Shown here: positions 29,803 through 41,300 of the stretch, one piece after another
Layout of the letters: each line of letters starts with the position of its first letter
Position numbering within the stretch: the stretch's first letter is position 1
DNA from: Bacteroidota bacterium
GTDB lineage: Bacteria > Bacteroidota > Bacteroidia > NS11-12g > UBA955
Assembly (NCBI GenBank): GCA_046047755.1
Contig: JBJOHK010000066.1
Span: 1-42,903 of the forward strand
Reading direction: 5' to 3'
Length of the DNA stretch: 42,903 bases
The notes under the pieces: model-generated
Database searches by the model: none
Told to the model about the DNA's origin: nothing
The model's input: the letters and a program-made list of their open reading frames with translations, nothing else
Program-made: the position numbers and the translations under genes

Positions 29803-32769
29803 ATGCGCCTTCTTTTTGCTTGGATTGCCATAATTGCCCCTGCCATAGCAACGGGACAACAGCAGCTAGAGTGGAATTGGAAGCGCATGCACATTGCCAT
29901 CGACTCTTCGGTTGAATCGGACCTGAGTGCCCGATCAAGTGAGATCATACAAGAGTTTCACAAAGCCCTAACTGAGGCCGAAAACACCTTGGGTTACAAA
30001 GCCAGTGGCTCCCTGCATTTTGAAGCCTACAATGATCTAAATGAATACGAATTGGCCCTGCGGGAACACTCAGCCTTTAGGCACTTACAAGGCCTGTCGA
30101 TAGAAGATGCCAATGATGGTATTTTCCCTATCTATTTGCATGCCACCCACGTAGAATTGCAGCAGCAATTGCGATGGGGTATCGCCTATGGGTTATTGAG
30201 AGAATACCTATTTGGAATAACCGTCAAACAACGTTTTGACCAAGCCAAATTAACCCGGCTACCCGCGTGGATTCTATATGGATTTTGCCGCTATTTCGCC
30301 ATGGGATGGGGGGCCGATGACCAAGATGAATGGCAGTATTTCCAAGACAATCGAGCCTTTCAGAACAGCAATCACATAGTAGCCCAAAGTCAAGACGTCT
30401 ATGGGCAATTCGTATGGAAGGAACTCAATTATACTCTTGGAACAGGCGCTCTTTCTTCGTTTTGGTTTGTCATTAAGTATACCGGTCAAATAGACGCTAG
30501 CTTCCAGTACCATTTGGGCATGGATTTTCACGAATGGATGGCACCCTATGTAACCCAAGACAAGAACCATACACGGTCTTCCAGTTTGTTTCAAAGTGAC
30601 CTGGATTGGGGTTGGAACCTTATGGGGCATCCTATTCTTGACATGGTTTTGGACTCTGTCCCCAACAGAGGAATTGCCACATTTTACTGGCCAGGAAAAC
30701 AAGTGGTAGCCTTCAATGACTTTGAACGCAATCACCGCTGGGTTCGCATGCGAGATCAAGTATCTCTCTGTCGAAGCTTGTGCTTCAGCCAAACCTTGAT
30801 TTGGAACCACAAAGACGGGAGCGATTGGGAAAGTTTATGGAAAGAAGACGATCATTGGGTTTGGACTCGTTGGTCGCCGCATGGAGAACTTGAACAAAGA
30901 GAGTTTTGGGAGTTCAATGGACACCCACTTCAGGCCTTTTATTTGGGATCAGACCTTTACATTACTGAGCAAATTGGGAATCATCAAGTAGCCAGTGTTT
31001 TTGGCACGAACCCTCTTCCCTCACCCCTGTCTAAATCCAGCGAGATTCATGCTTTTGGAAGTTCAGGCATCGTTCAATACTCAAACCAAGACAGCAACTC
31101 TAGCCTCTTGTATTCGATCCAAGATCAATGCAACTTGAACGGGTTGAACGAATTTTCTGTGCAATCCATGCTGAGAGAATCATCGCCTTATTGGTCTGTG
31201 ATGGCCAGCCTATACGACAAACATCATTGGTTGTTTGGATCTCAAAATGAGGAAACCATTACTCTAATAGGAGAAATACCCTTGCAAGGTTATTTCCCCA
31301 AAATGGGTTATACAGGAAATTCCCAGAATCGATTTATCTCTGATTATTTACAGGGTCAAGCACGGGTTCGTCTTTATTCCATCAAGTCCAAACCCGATTC
31401 TCTTCTATCACTTCCTAAACCTAACCCATTCCCCTCGCCCATCAAAAACCCGGAGCTTGGCCACTCCAACCCCGCTTCATCACCTGGCGTGCAATTCTTA
31501 GGACCCTTCCTTAAGCCAAACAGACCGCGCGCAGCCCTCCAAAAGCAAGAGCTAGAATATCCAAACATAGAGCTTTCACCCCACCTTCGATGGTACTACA
31601 TCAAACACGCTTCCGTCAAATTGAGCAATCGAAGAAGCCCATTGCTCATTCCCGTTGAGCTTCCCTTGAGCCTGCTCTACAATAGCCCAATTACACCTGA
31701 TTTTTTCACCCAAATTGGATCTAGTGATTTGCGTCATCGCTTGGCATTAAGCGCCATGATCAGTCCTGACTTTAAAAGGAATTCACTATCTCTATCGCAA
31801 GAATACGATTTTTCAAAAAGACTGACTGTCGGCCAAGACCTTCAGATGCTGCGTCGTCGAGTATTGGTACAAGAAAATAACCAGCACTGGCAATCATGGA
31901 ATTTGAACCTTTTTGCTAAACGAACTTGGACGAATTACAGTCAATTTGGAACCGGATTTAGCTATGAACACGCCTATTTAGGAAGCCTTTTCACCTCCAA
32001 TTCTGCGCTGCTTGAACAGGAACGAAAACAGGGAATGTTCAGCCTGTACTTCGACTGGTTCCGAAATTGCGGAGACTTGCCATTGCTAAGGAGTCTAGAC
32101 AACGCTGACTTCAGCGCCCGTCTAATGGCGGCACACTCACCCAACTTGTCAGGTTTGGGATCAGCCGACTTCAAACTAAACATGCGCAAACAATCAGGTC
32201 GTCAATTGCAATGGAACAGCAGGGTATCTCTTCACTATGCTCCTGGTAAAGATGCCATTATTAATTGGATTGGTGGTAGTGAAGGATGGACCAGTCAAAA
32301 CGCATGGCTGACTCCTTATAGCAGCATTTTCAATGACCGATCTATTTGGCAACAATTGGGTCCAGGAATAAGGGGATTTCAATCGGGAGCTAGGCTGGGA
32401 AGCAGCTACGCTGTATTGAATCAAACCTTATCATCTCCTGTGTTGCAATATTTGCACAAAGGTCTCATTCATTCCGAATTCTCAAAAAGCCTTATCATTT
32501 TCATATTTAACGACATAGGAACCGCTTTCTTTGGTCCAAGCCCCCAATCTGAGGGCAATCCTTTCAATACCCAATACCTCAATACTCCGAACTATTTATT
32601 GACCGTTACATCCAAGCGAAACCCGTACATAGGTTCTGCTGGAATTGGCCTACAAGCTAGGTTCTTTGGTTACCATTGGAGACTGGAACGAGCATGGGGT
32701 TATCAGGAGCGAAAAGTACAATCTCCGGTATGGCATATTTCCATGGGAAAATCAATCGATTGGAACTGA
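29803..32769 (+). CDS. Large exported hypothetical protein, probable C-terminal Omp85/BamA-like beta-barrel
   Basis: Signal peptide, an LPAWILYG segment reminiscent of zincin-like P.W..EG, a Pro-rich linker, and C-terminal IRGF..G.R.G and F.DIGTA motifs with amphipathic strands. Confidence 0.6.
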   Translation: MRLLFAWIAIIAPAIATGQQQLEWNWKRMHIAIDSSVESDLSARSSEIIQEFHKALTEAENTLGYKASGSLHFEAYNDLNEYELALREHSAFRHLQGLSIEDANDGIFPIYLHATHVELQQQLRWGIAYGLLREYLFGITVKQRFDQAKLTRLPAWILYGFCRYFAMGWGADDQDEWQYFQDNRAFQNSNHIVAQSQDVYGQFVWKELNYTLGTGALSSFWFVIKYTGQIDASFQYHLGMDFHEWMAPYVTQDKNHTRSSSLFQSDLDWGWNLMGHPILDMVLDSVPNRGIATFYWPGKQVVAFNDFERNHRWVRMRDQVSLCRSLCFSQTLIWNHKDGSDWESLWKEDDHWVWTRWSPHGELEQREFWEFNGHPLQAFYLGSDLYITEQIGNHQVASVFGTNPLPSPLSKSSEIHAFGSSGIVQYSNQDSNSSLLYSIQDQCNLNGLNEFSVQSMLRESSPYWSVMASLYDKHHWLFGSQNEETITLIGEIPLQGYFPKMGYTGNSQNRFISDYLQGQARVRLYSIKSKPDSLLSLPKPNPFPSPIKNPELGHSNPASSPGVQFLGPFLKPNRPRAALQKQELEYPNIELSPHLRWYYIKHASVKLSNRRSPLLIPVELPLSLLYNSPITPDFFTQIGSSDLRHRLALSAMISPDFKRNSLSLSQEYDFSKRLTVGQDLQMLRRRVLVQENNQHWQSWNLNLFAKRTWTNYSQFGTGFSYEHAYLGSLFTSNSALLEQERKQGMFSLYFDWFRNCGDLPLLRSLDNADFSARLMAAHSPNLSGLGSADFKLNMRKQSGRQLQWNSRVSLHYAPGKDAIINWIGGSEGWTSQNAWLTPYSSIFNDRSIWQQLGPGIRGFQSGARLGSSYAVLNQTLSSPVLQYLHKGLIHSEFSKSLIIFIFNDIGTAFFGPSPQSEGNPFNTQYLNTPNYLLTVTSKRNPYIGSAGIGLQARFFGYHWRLERAWGYQERKVQSPVWHISMGKSIDWN

Positions 32770-32845
32770 TGAAAAATGTAAAAAAGCCCTTCGTTCTACC
32801 GCTTGGTTTGTGTTATTTTGCAAACACTTCAACTGTATAATATTC

Positions 32846-33871
32846 ATGGGTCTTTTTAGCTTTCTAACACAAGAACTTGCCATTGATTTAGGCACTGCCA
32901 ATACGCTTATCATTCACAAAGACAAAGTGGTAGTGGACGAACCCTCCATCATTGCTTTGGAGCGCCACACTGGCAATGTCATTGCAATAGGTTCAGAAGC
33001 TATGCAGATGTACGGCAAAGAAAACGAAGGCATCAAGACCATTCGCCCCTTGAAAGATGGGGTTATCGCTGACTTCCAAGCAGCCGAGCATATGATTCGA
33101 GGAATGATCAAAATGATGAACCAAAAGCAAAACTGGATCAGCCCACAGTTGAAGATGGTTATTTGCATTCCTTCCGGTATCACCGAAGTAGAAAAACGCG
33201 CGGTAAAGGACAGTGCGGAGCGAAGCGGTGCCAAAGAAGTTTACTTGATTCATGAACCTATGGCGGCCGCGGTAGGAATTGGAATTGATGTCACCCAGCC
33301 TCAAGGCAACATGATCATTGATATTGGAGGAGGAACCACTGAAATTGCCATTATTGCCCTCGGAGGTATTGTATGCGATGAAAGTATCCGTGTAGCGGGT
33401 GATGAATTCAACTTGGACATTGTGGAATACATGCGTCGTGAACACAACCTTCTAATTGGAGAGCGCACGGCTGAGAAAATCAAAATCCATATTGGCTCAG
33501 CCTTACAGGAATTGGAAAGTCCCCCAGATGATTACGCCGTTTATGGACGAGATTTGATGACGGGCATTCCCAAGCAAATCATGGTAAGCTACAGCGAAAT
33601 TGCTCGCTCTTTGGATAAGAGCATCATGAAAGTAGAAGAAGCCATTCTGCGTGCTTTGGAGCAATCTCCTCCCGAACTGAGTGCCGACATTCTAACCAAT
33701 GGAATTTGGCTAACGGGTGGAGGCGCCTTGTTGCGAGGCTTGGACAAACGTGTCTCGGCTAAGACAAAATTGAAAGTAAATATCGCTGAAGACCCCTTGA
33801 GAGCGGTAGTTCGAGGCACTGGAACGGCCCTTAAAAACATCGGTCGTTTCAAGTTTTTGATGACAGCTTAA
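32846..33871 (+). CDS. mreB: Rod shape-determining protein MreB
   Basis: AIDLGTANT, RPLKDGVIADF, EPMAAA, DIGGGTT and LTGGGALL. The start is taken at MGLFSF. Confidence 0.97.
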   Translation: MGLFSFLTQELAIDLGTANTLIIHKDKVVVDEPSIIALERHTGNVIAIGSEAMQMYGKENEGIKTIRPLKDGVIADFQAAEHMIRGMIKMMNQKQNWISPQLKMVICIPSGITEVEKRAVKDSAERSGAKEVYLIHEPMAAAVGIGIDVTQPQGNMIIDIGGGTTEIAIIALGGIVCDESIRVAGDEFNLDIVEYMRREHNLLIGERTAEKIKIHIGSALQELESPPDDYAVYGRDLMTGIPKQIMVSYSEIARSLDKSIMKVEEAILRALEQSPPELSADILTNGIWLTGGGALLRGLDKRVSAKTKLKVNIAEDPLRAVVRGTGTALKNIGRFKFLMTA

Positions 33872-33882
33872 TCCACTGAACC

Positions 33883-34737
33883 ATGAGGATCTTTTTCCGT
33901 TGGATACGGAAGCAATCCTACTTACTCTTGGCGATTTTCCTATTCGGACTATCGGTGAACCAAGTCATGCGTTTTCATTTATACCAGCACAGCATTTATG
34001 TGCAATCCAGCATCGGTTTCTATCGCAACATGGATCGTTGGAAAGCTGATGTTGATTACTACTTTGGGCTTAAGGAAGAAAATGACCGATTGGCCAGAGA
34101 GAATCAACGCTTGCGCTCACAGTTGAGCACCTATGCCCTGAGTCCAGATAGCATGGAGCTAGTCAATCACTTTGATAGTGTTCATCAAAAGCCATTGAGG
34201 TATGCCTATATCCAGGCCAAGGTGATTCGTAGCAATACCCGATTGAGAAACAATACTTTGATTCTGGATAAGGGTTCACTAGATGGCATCAAGCCGAACA
34301 TGGGTGTCATTGCGCCAGAAGGAATCGTGGGAATCGTATTGCAAACCAGCGAACATTATGCCCTCGTGATGAGCATATTGAATTCAAAATTTGAGCTGAC
34401 TCCCTATTTTCAAGAGTTGCAACTTCAACAAGGAGTTTTGGCTTGGGACGGGCAAAATTCACGACAGGTTACCATTTCAGAGGTCAACAAAGCGGAACGA
34501 ATTCGCAAAGGCATGCACGTGCAAACCAGCCATTACAGCACCCTGTTCCCTCCCGGATTGCCAATTGGACGCGTGAGTCGAATTTCCGAGTCACCTGATA
34601 ACACCTATGTAGAATTGGGTGTGACTTTGGGTGTGAATTTTCAACGATTGCAACATGTTACCGTCGTGCAGCATTTATTTGCTGATGAAGAAGCGACATT
34701 GATGCAGCACCACCAAGAATTGCAAGGAAATGATTGA
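33883..34737 (+). CDS. mreC: Rod shape-determining protein MreC
   Basis: Transmembrane segment, coiled coil, LDKGSLDGIKPNMGV, GIVG and FPPGLPIG, plus operon position. Confidence 0.92.
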   Translation: MRIFFRWIRKQSYLLLAIFLFGLSVNQVMRFHLYQHSIYVQSSIGFYRNMDRWKADVDYYFGLKEENDRLARENQRLRSQLSTYALSPDSMELVNHFDSVHQKPLRYAYIQAKVIRSNTRLRNNTLILDKGSLDGIKPNMGVIAPEGIVGIVLQTSEHYALVMSILNSKFELTPYFQELQLQQGVLAWDGQNSRQVTISEVNKAERIRKGMHVQTSHYSTLFPPGLPIGRVSRISESPDNTYVELGVTLGVNFQRLQHVTVVQHLFADEEATLMQHHQELQGND

Positions 34738-35239
34738 AGCCATCAAATACAGCATAGCCGCTATCCTCCTAGCCTTTCTCCAGGCGTATTTGATACAGGA
34801 AATCAACATGGGCGTTTGGCTCAAGCCACTTCCTTATGTAGCCATTTTCTTTGTATTGAATGTTCATGCCAATCGCTTTGTCGTTTTATTGGCCGCCTTT
34901 GCCTTCGGATTCCTAATCGATTTGCTCAGCGGAAGTTTCGGTATGCACACCGGCGCTTGCGTGGCCTTGGCTTTCTTCAAGAACTTATACGACCGAAACT
35001 GGCTTGATATCGATAGCATTACGCTGCAAGGGCAGTCGTATTTCAGTCCTGAAGCCAAGAGTTGGCCTGCCTATTTGCAGTACACGGGAAGCCTTACATT
35101 TTTGCATCACTTGGTCTTTTTTTCACTCGACTACTTCAAAGCGGATGCCTTATTATACATTCTTTTGACCGCTAGCATTAGCACCGTGGGCACCTTGGGA
35201 ATTTCCTTATTGCTTAGAGCGCTGTTCACGTCCAGATAA
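34730..35239 (+). CDS. mreD: Rod shape-determining protein MreD
   Basis: Hydrophobic 169-aa protein with AFAFGFLIDL..G.H, located between mreC and mrdA. Confidence 0.85.
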   Translation: MIEAIKYSIAAILLAFLQAYLIQEINMGVWLKPLPYVAIFFVLNVHANRFVVLLAAFAFGFLIDLLSGSFGMHTGACVALAFFKNLYDRNWLDIDSITLQGQSYFSPEAKSWPAYLQYTGSLTFLHHLVFFSLDYFKADALLYILLTASISTVGTLGISLLLRALFTSR

Positions 35240-35241
35240 TC

Positions 35242-37089
35242 ATGGAACAATTCAGCAATCGAAAATGGATTTTCATTGGCACTTTTTTTGCCATTTTGCT
35301 TTTGTATGCCATGCGAATTGCCGGCTTACAGCTGGGCAGTACGCCCTACAAAGAACGGGCGATTAACAATGCACTGAACAAAGTGACCTTGTATCCGGGT
35401 CGCTCGGTATTGTTCGATAGAAATGGCAAAATCCTGGTTCGAAACACTCCATCTTACGACCTAAAAGTGTTTCCCAAGAAAATGGGCAAATCTGACTCGA
35501 TTTTAATTTGCCAAATATTAGGGTTGGACTCTGCCGATTATGCCGAACGCACTCTTTTGGCCTGGATCAATTCCAAAAAAAGACAGCGCAACAACTCCTA
35601 CAACCGTTCAGCCGTTTTTTACTCCAATCTAAGCCCTGAACAATATGCCATCATTCGAGAAAACCTCTATCGACTCAAGGCCTATTATGTTGAACCCAAA
35701 ACCGATCGCCTTTACAACTTCAACGGTAGCGCACATGCCTTTGGATACCTAGGAGAAGTTTCCGAAGAGTTACTTAACGAAGATTCCTATTACCAGCCCG
35801 GCGATTTGGTTGGCATCACCGGTATTGAAAAATACTACGAAACCCAGATTCGCGGTATCAAAGGGGTAAAAACGGTATGGCAAGACCGCACCTACGTAGA
35901 ACAAGGTACAGTAAAGAATGAGTCATTCAACAAACCGGCCATTGCGGGCCCTGATGTTACGCTGAGTTTGGACATGGCCTTGCAATTGCTGGCTGACTCA
36001 CTCATGGCTGGCAAACGCGGTAGTATAGTAGCCATTGAACCCAAAACCGGCGAAGTTCTGGCCTTTTATAACAGCCCCAATTACAACCCTAATCTTTTGG
36101 TGGGTCAACAGCGAACCGATGAGTTTCGTAACCTATTGATTGATCCCAAAAAGCCCTTGTACAACCGAGCTGTAAAGGGCGTTTATCCGCCGGGAAGTAC
36201 AGTCAAACCTGTATTGGCCCTCATTGGATTGCAGGAAGGCATTTGCCGCCCTGAAACTCAGCATTCGTGTGCAGGGGGCTACCACATGGGCTCCATCACC
36301 GTTGGCTGCCACCCACACCCCAGCCCGCTTGCTCTTACCCAATCGATTCAGATCAGTTGCAATGCTTACTATTGCCAATTGTTCCGCGACATCATCGATG
36401 CCCCGAAATATGGGAATGTTCGCGACGGATACGCCGTATTGGAATCCTATTGGCGAAAATTTGGATTGGGAAGCCCCACGGGAATTGATTTGTTGGGAGA
36501 ATCAAGTGGAAACATACCCAGCTTGGCTCAATTGGACCGTCGCCACGGCTCTAAATGGCGCAGTTCTATGATTATTTCCTTGAGCATTGGCCAAGGTGAG
36601 ATATTGTTGACTCCATTGCAAATGGCTAATGTGGCAGCCATTATCGCCAACCGCGGCTATTACTATACCCCACATCTGGTCAAACACATCGATGGATTCA
36701 GCGATACGGCTTGGAATCGGCGTTTCCAAACTCCTCATTACACTGGAATTGAACCCCGTCATTTTGTTCCGGTCATACAAGGAATGGAACTGGTAACTCA
36801 AGTGGGAGGAACCGCTCGAGGTGCGGGAATCGATAGCGTGGTGGTATGTGCCAAAACCGGAACTGCGCAAAACCCTCATGGCAAAGACCACTCTCTGTTC
36901 ATTGCTTTTGCACCCAAAGATGACCCACAAATCGCCATTGCTGTTATTGTAGAAAATGCGGGATTTGGCGCCACTTATGCCGCTCCCATAGCCAGTTTGA
37001 TGATGGAGCGTTACCTGCATCCGGAACGAGACACCCGGAAACCCTATATGAAGGAATCCATGTTCAACTCCCGATTGGAAAACCCATGA
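35242..37089 (+). CDS. mrdA: Penicillin-binding protein 2
   Basis: N-terminal transmembrane segment and the STVK, SCN and KTGT motifs. Confidence 0.93.
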   Translation: MEQFSNRKWIFIGTFFAILLLYAMRIAGLQLGSTPYKERAINNALNKVTLYPGRSVLFDRNGKILVRNTPSYDLKVFPKKMGKSDSILICQILGLDSADYAERTLLAWINSKKRQRNNSYNRSAVFYSNLSPEQYAIIRENLYRLKAYYVEPKTDRLYNFNGSAHAFGYLGEVSEELLNEDSYYQPGDLVGITGIEKYYETQIRGIKGVKTVWQDRTYVEQGTVKNESFNKPAIAGPDVTLSLDMALQLLADSLMAGKRGSIVAIEPKTGEVLAFYNSPNYNPNLLVGQQRTDEFRNLLIDPKKPLYNRAVKGVYPPGSTVKPVLALIGLQEGICRPETQHSCAGGYHMGSITVGCHPHPSPLALTQSIQISCNAYYCQLFRDIIDAPKYGNVRDGYAVLESYWRKFGLGSPTGIDLLGESSGNIPSLAQLDRRHGSKWRSSMIISLSIGQGEILLTPLQMANVAAIIANRGYYYTPHLVKHIDGFSDTAWNRRFQTPHYTGIEPRHFVPVIQGMELVTQVGGTARGAGIDSVVVCAKTGTAQNPHGKDHSLFIAFAPKDDPQIAIAVIVENAGFGATYAAPIASLMMERYLHPERDTRKPYMKESMFNSRLENP

Positions 37090-38354
37090 GCACGTATTCC
37101 TCTCAAGGCGCTGATAACAAAATGGACTCCATGGCTTTGATGGCGTACATCGGTCTGGTTTTGATTGGGTTTATCAATGTTTATTCGGCCAGTGCGGTGG
37201 TGGATCAAGAGATATTTGATTTTTCGACCGTGGCAAAAAAGCAATTGGTTTTCATGGCAAGTGCTGGAATGATTGCGCTGTTTTTGTCGTATGCCAATGT
37301 TCGACTCATTGACTATTTCTCGTATGGTTTCTATGCGCTAGCCATTGCCTTGAACATAGCAGTTCTATTTGTTGGAAAAGAAGTAGCGGGTGCCAAAAGT
37401 TGGTTTGGTTTTGGGGGGCTTGGCATTCAACCCTCTGAATTTGCCAAAGTGGCCACTGCCCTAGCCCTGAGTAAATTTCTGGGCACCTACGGCGTTCGGT
37501 TCAAGGGCTGGAAAAATGTAAGCCTCTCCTTGCTGTTATTTCTATTGCCCATGGGGTTGATTCTGTTACAGAACGACACTGGCAGCGCCCTGGTATTTTT
37601 GGCCTTCTTTTTCATGCTTTACAGAGAAGGATTACCAGGCTATATATTGGTTTCAGCCATTTGGTTGGGATTCTTGGCCATAGTAAAAATTTACCTAGAA
37701 AGCCTCGGCATTTCCTATTGGTACGAATACGGCATATTGGCCGGTGTAGCCAGTCTGGTCATCTATTTTGCGCGAACCAACAAACAATTGATTCGACTTA
37801 CCGTGGTCATTCTTTGTATCTCCCTGATGTACTCAGCGGCCATTGGCTGGTTCTACAATACAGTTCTCCAGCAATACCAAAGAGATCGAATAGAGTTGGT
37901 TCTGCAATTGAAAGAAGACCGATTGGGAGTTGGATTTAATCTAGAGCAGAGCAAAATCGCCATTGGGGCTGGACAATTTGCCGGTCGCGGTTATATGGAA
38001 GGGACCCAAACCAAAATGGGCTTTGTACCCGAACAACATACTGATTTCATATTTTGTACCATTGGCGAAGAATGGGGGCTATTAGGGGTTTTGACTTTCT
38101 TCTTTGTCTATGGCTCTCTTTTGATTCGCTTGGTGGTGTTGAGTGAACGGCAAACCACAACGGCCGCTAGAGTCATGGGTTACTCGGCAGCGAGCATCTT
38201 GTTTGTGCATTTTGCCATCAACATTGGCATGACCATTGGAATCGTACCGGTAATTGGTATTCCTCTGCCATTCATTTCTGCCGGCGGAAGCAGCCTGTGG
38301 GCATTTACCTTGCTGCTTTTCACCTTTCTGAGAATGGATCAAAAGCGCAAATAA
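37086..38354 (+). CDS. rodA: Rod shape-determining protein RodA (SEDS family)
   Basis: GAKSW, IQPSEFAK, QSKIAIG, PEQHTDFIF and GIPLPFISAGGSS. Confidence 0.94.
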   Translation: MSTYSSQGADNKMDSMALMAYIGLVLIGFINVYSASAVVDQEIFDFSTVAKKQLVFMASAGMIALFLSYANVRLIDYFSYGFYALAIALNIAVLFVGKEVAGAKSWFGFGGLGIQPSEFAKVATALALSKFLGTYGVRFKGWKNVSLSLLLFLLPMGLILLQNDTGSALVFLAFFFMLYREGLPGYILVSAIWLGFLAIVKIYLESLGISYWYEYGILAGVASLVIYFARTNKQLIRLTVVILCISLMYSAAIGWFYNTVLQQYQRDRIELVLQLKEDRLGVGFNLEQSKIAIGAGQFAGRGYMEGTQTKMGFVPEQHTDFIFCTIGEEWGLLGVLTFFFVYGSLLIRLVVLSERQTTTAARVMGYSAASILFVHFAINIGMTIGIVPVIGIPLPFISAGGSSLWAFTLLLFTFLRMDQKRK

Positions 38355-38370
38355 ACCTTAAATTTACGCT

Positions 38371-41300
38371 ATGAAATTACCCATCGGCTCAAAAGCCTTG
38401 GCTGTCATTTGCATGGCGGGACTGATCGCATCCTGTTCAGAAGACCATTCGGGAAAATTCGAACTCATTGATCCGAGTTCATCGGGTCTCGAATTCACAA
38501 ATGAGGTTCCTGAAAACGACAGCCTTAATCAATTTACTTACCATTACTTGTACAATGGAAACGGTGTGGGAATTGGAGACCTGGACAACGATGGGCTTCC
38601 CGAGGTTTTTGTCAGTTCCAATGCATCTAGCTGTCAGTTGTTCCACAACAAAGGCCAAATGCAGTTTGAAAACATAACCGAATCAGCGGGAGTAAGCACG
38701 ACAAATTGGTGTACCGGAGTCAGCATGGCCGATGTGAATAACGACGGGCTCTTAGACATTTATGTTTGTCGATCAGGGCCATCGCAAAATGGCGATGATA
38801 AAAGGAATTTGTTATTTATCAATCAAGGAAATCTCACATTCAAAGAAGAAGCCAAGCGCTATGGCTTGGACGATCCGGGCAATGCCACGACGGCTAGCTT
38901 TCTGGATTTTGACCGCGATGGCGATTTGGATTTGTACGTAGCGAACCACGCCGATCGGTTCTTCTCTGATGTAGACATTCGCTTTTCTAAAACATTTCGA
39001 CTCGATGATAATAGCCAGCAACACCTGTATCGGAACGATGGAGAATCATTCACCGACATTAGCGAACAAGCTGGCGTGAAGGCCATGGGATACGCCCTTA
39101 GTGCCACTGTTTTTGACATCAATGGAGATGGTTGGGATGATATTTATGTCTGCAACGACTATCATGTTCCGGATTATGTATTGATCAATAACCAACAAGG
39201 AGGTTTTAACGACGAAAACTCCCTGCGTTTCAAGCATACGAGCAACAACAGCATGGGAAGTGACCAAGCTGACATCAATAATGATGGCAAATTGGACTTC
39301 TTGTCAGTAGATATGCTGGCTGACGATCAGAGACGCTTCATGACTATGGGCGGGCCAAAAGACTATGACTACACCATGGTAGGCATTAAGAATGGCTATG
39401 GGTATCAATACATGAAGAATGCCCTGCAAATCAACCATGGCAAGGGTTTATTCAGCGACGAAGCTTACTTGTATGGAATCGCCCGAACTGACTGGAGCTG
39501 GTCTCCCCTATTTGTTGACTTCGATGCCGATGGCTACTTGGACTTACACATCACCAACGGGTACTACCGCGATGTTACAGACCAAGACTTCATGCTCTAC
39601 CAAAACCGGAAAATGCAGCAACAGGGAGCCGGCATCACCCATGATGAATTGCTCTCCATGTTGCCATTTGAAAAAATCAGCAACTACGCCTATCGCAACA
39701 ACAGTGGCCAAGGGTTTTCAGCTGTCACCCAAGATTGGGGCTTAGAAGAACCTTCTTTGAGCACGGGCTCTGCGTATGGCGATTTGGATGGAGACGGTGA
39801 CGCCGACTTGATCATTTGCAACCAAGGATCTCCCCTGTCTTTGTATCGAAATAATTTGAACAGCGACCCTGCCCAAATCAAAGTTCACTTCAATCTAAGC
39901 AAGAGCAATCGTTGGGGTTTCGGAACTCAAGTTGACGTGCATCGAGGATCCCAAGTGCAACGAATGGAATTGAATTCTGCTCATGGTTACCAAAGTTCTT
40001 CCCAAGCCTGCCTTTTTGTGGCAACAACTGGAGTGGATAGCCTGGTGTTTCATTTTCCCAATGGCACCAAGTGGTCGAGTTCTAAGCTTCCCAGCACTGG
40101 CAAAGACTGGGTGGTAGACGACAAGCAGTCCGTTCCTGAACCTGATGATAGCGATTCTGAGTCTTGGTTTACGGCAGCAGAATTGGGCTTGGATTTCCTT
40201 CACCGCGAACAAGAAAATCCTGATTTCAAACGGGAACCCATGTTGCCGCATCGATTCACTCGATTGGGACCCGGAATGTGCAGTGGCGATATCAACGGCG
40301 ATGGCTTGGAAGACATTTTCATCGCCAACGCACGAACGGGCAATCCCAATTTGGCCCCTGAAGCTGCTTTCTTTCTTCAATCTTCAAACGGCCAATTCCG
40401 CAAACAATCGGCTCAAGGCTTGCTCAAGGGCATGGATACAGACATTACGGGTTGCCTGTTGTTTGATGCCAACGGTGATGGTCATTTGGACTTATACGTA
40501 GCCGCTGGCGGTAGTGAATACTCTTGGCCCAGCGCGCTGTATTCTCATCGCTTATACATCAACAATGGTTCAGGCTCCTTTCATGAGGAAAGCCAACGAC
40601 TGCCTCAAGTTCAAAACAGCGGTTCTTGTGTAGTGGCTGGTGACATGGATGGCGATGGCGATTGGGACTTATTTGTGGGAGGTCGGGTTATGCCTGGTTT
40701 TTATCCGCAGATTGATATTAGGAGCTACCTATTGCGCAACGACAATGGTCAATTCCAGGACGTTACCGCCCAAATGGCACCCGAATTGGTCAAAGCGGGC
40801 ATGATATGCACCGCGGCTTTTGCCGATTGCAACAATGACAACCAAGTCGATTTGCTGGTGGCTGGAGAATACACGCCATTGGTTTTGCTGCTCAACAAAG
40901 GTCAGAAATTCGAAAATGCGACCGCTGCTTGGGGTTTGGACCAAAAAAGCGGTTGGATCAACAGTTTACTACCCGTAGACATAGACAATGACGGCGATTT
41001 GGACGTGATCGTCGGCAATAAAGGGCGAAACAGTTTCATTCAAGCCAACCCCGAAGAGCCCCTGAAGGTGTATTACACCGATCTGGATAACAACGGAAGC
41101 ATGGATGTGTTCTTTGGAAAGGTTCGGCAAGGCAAGGAATACACCTTGTATCAACTCGAAGACATGGCTCGGGCCTACCCCGGTTTCATGAACAAACGGT
41201 TCACTACCTACAAAGACATCGCCAACAAAGACATCACGGAGATTTTTGGAGAAGAAAATCTCCAGCGCTACCAATTGGCCAACTACTTTGATCATTTCGT

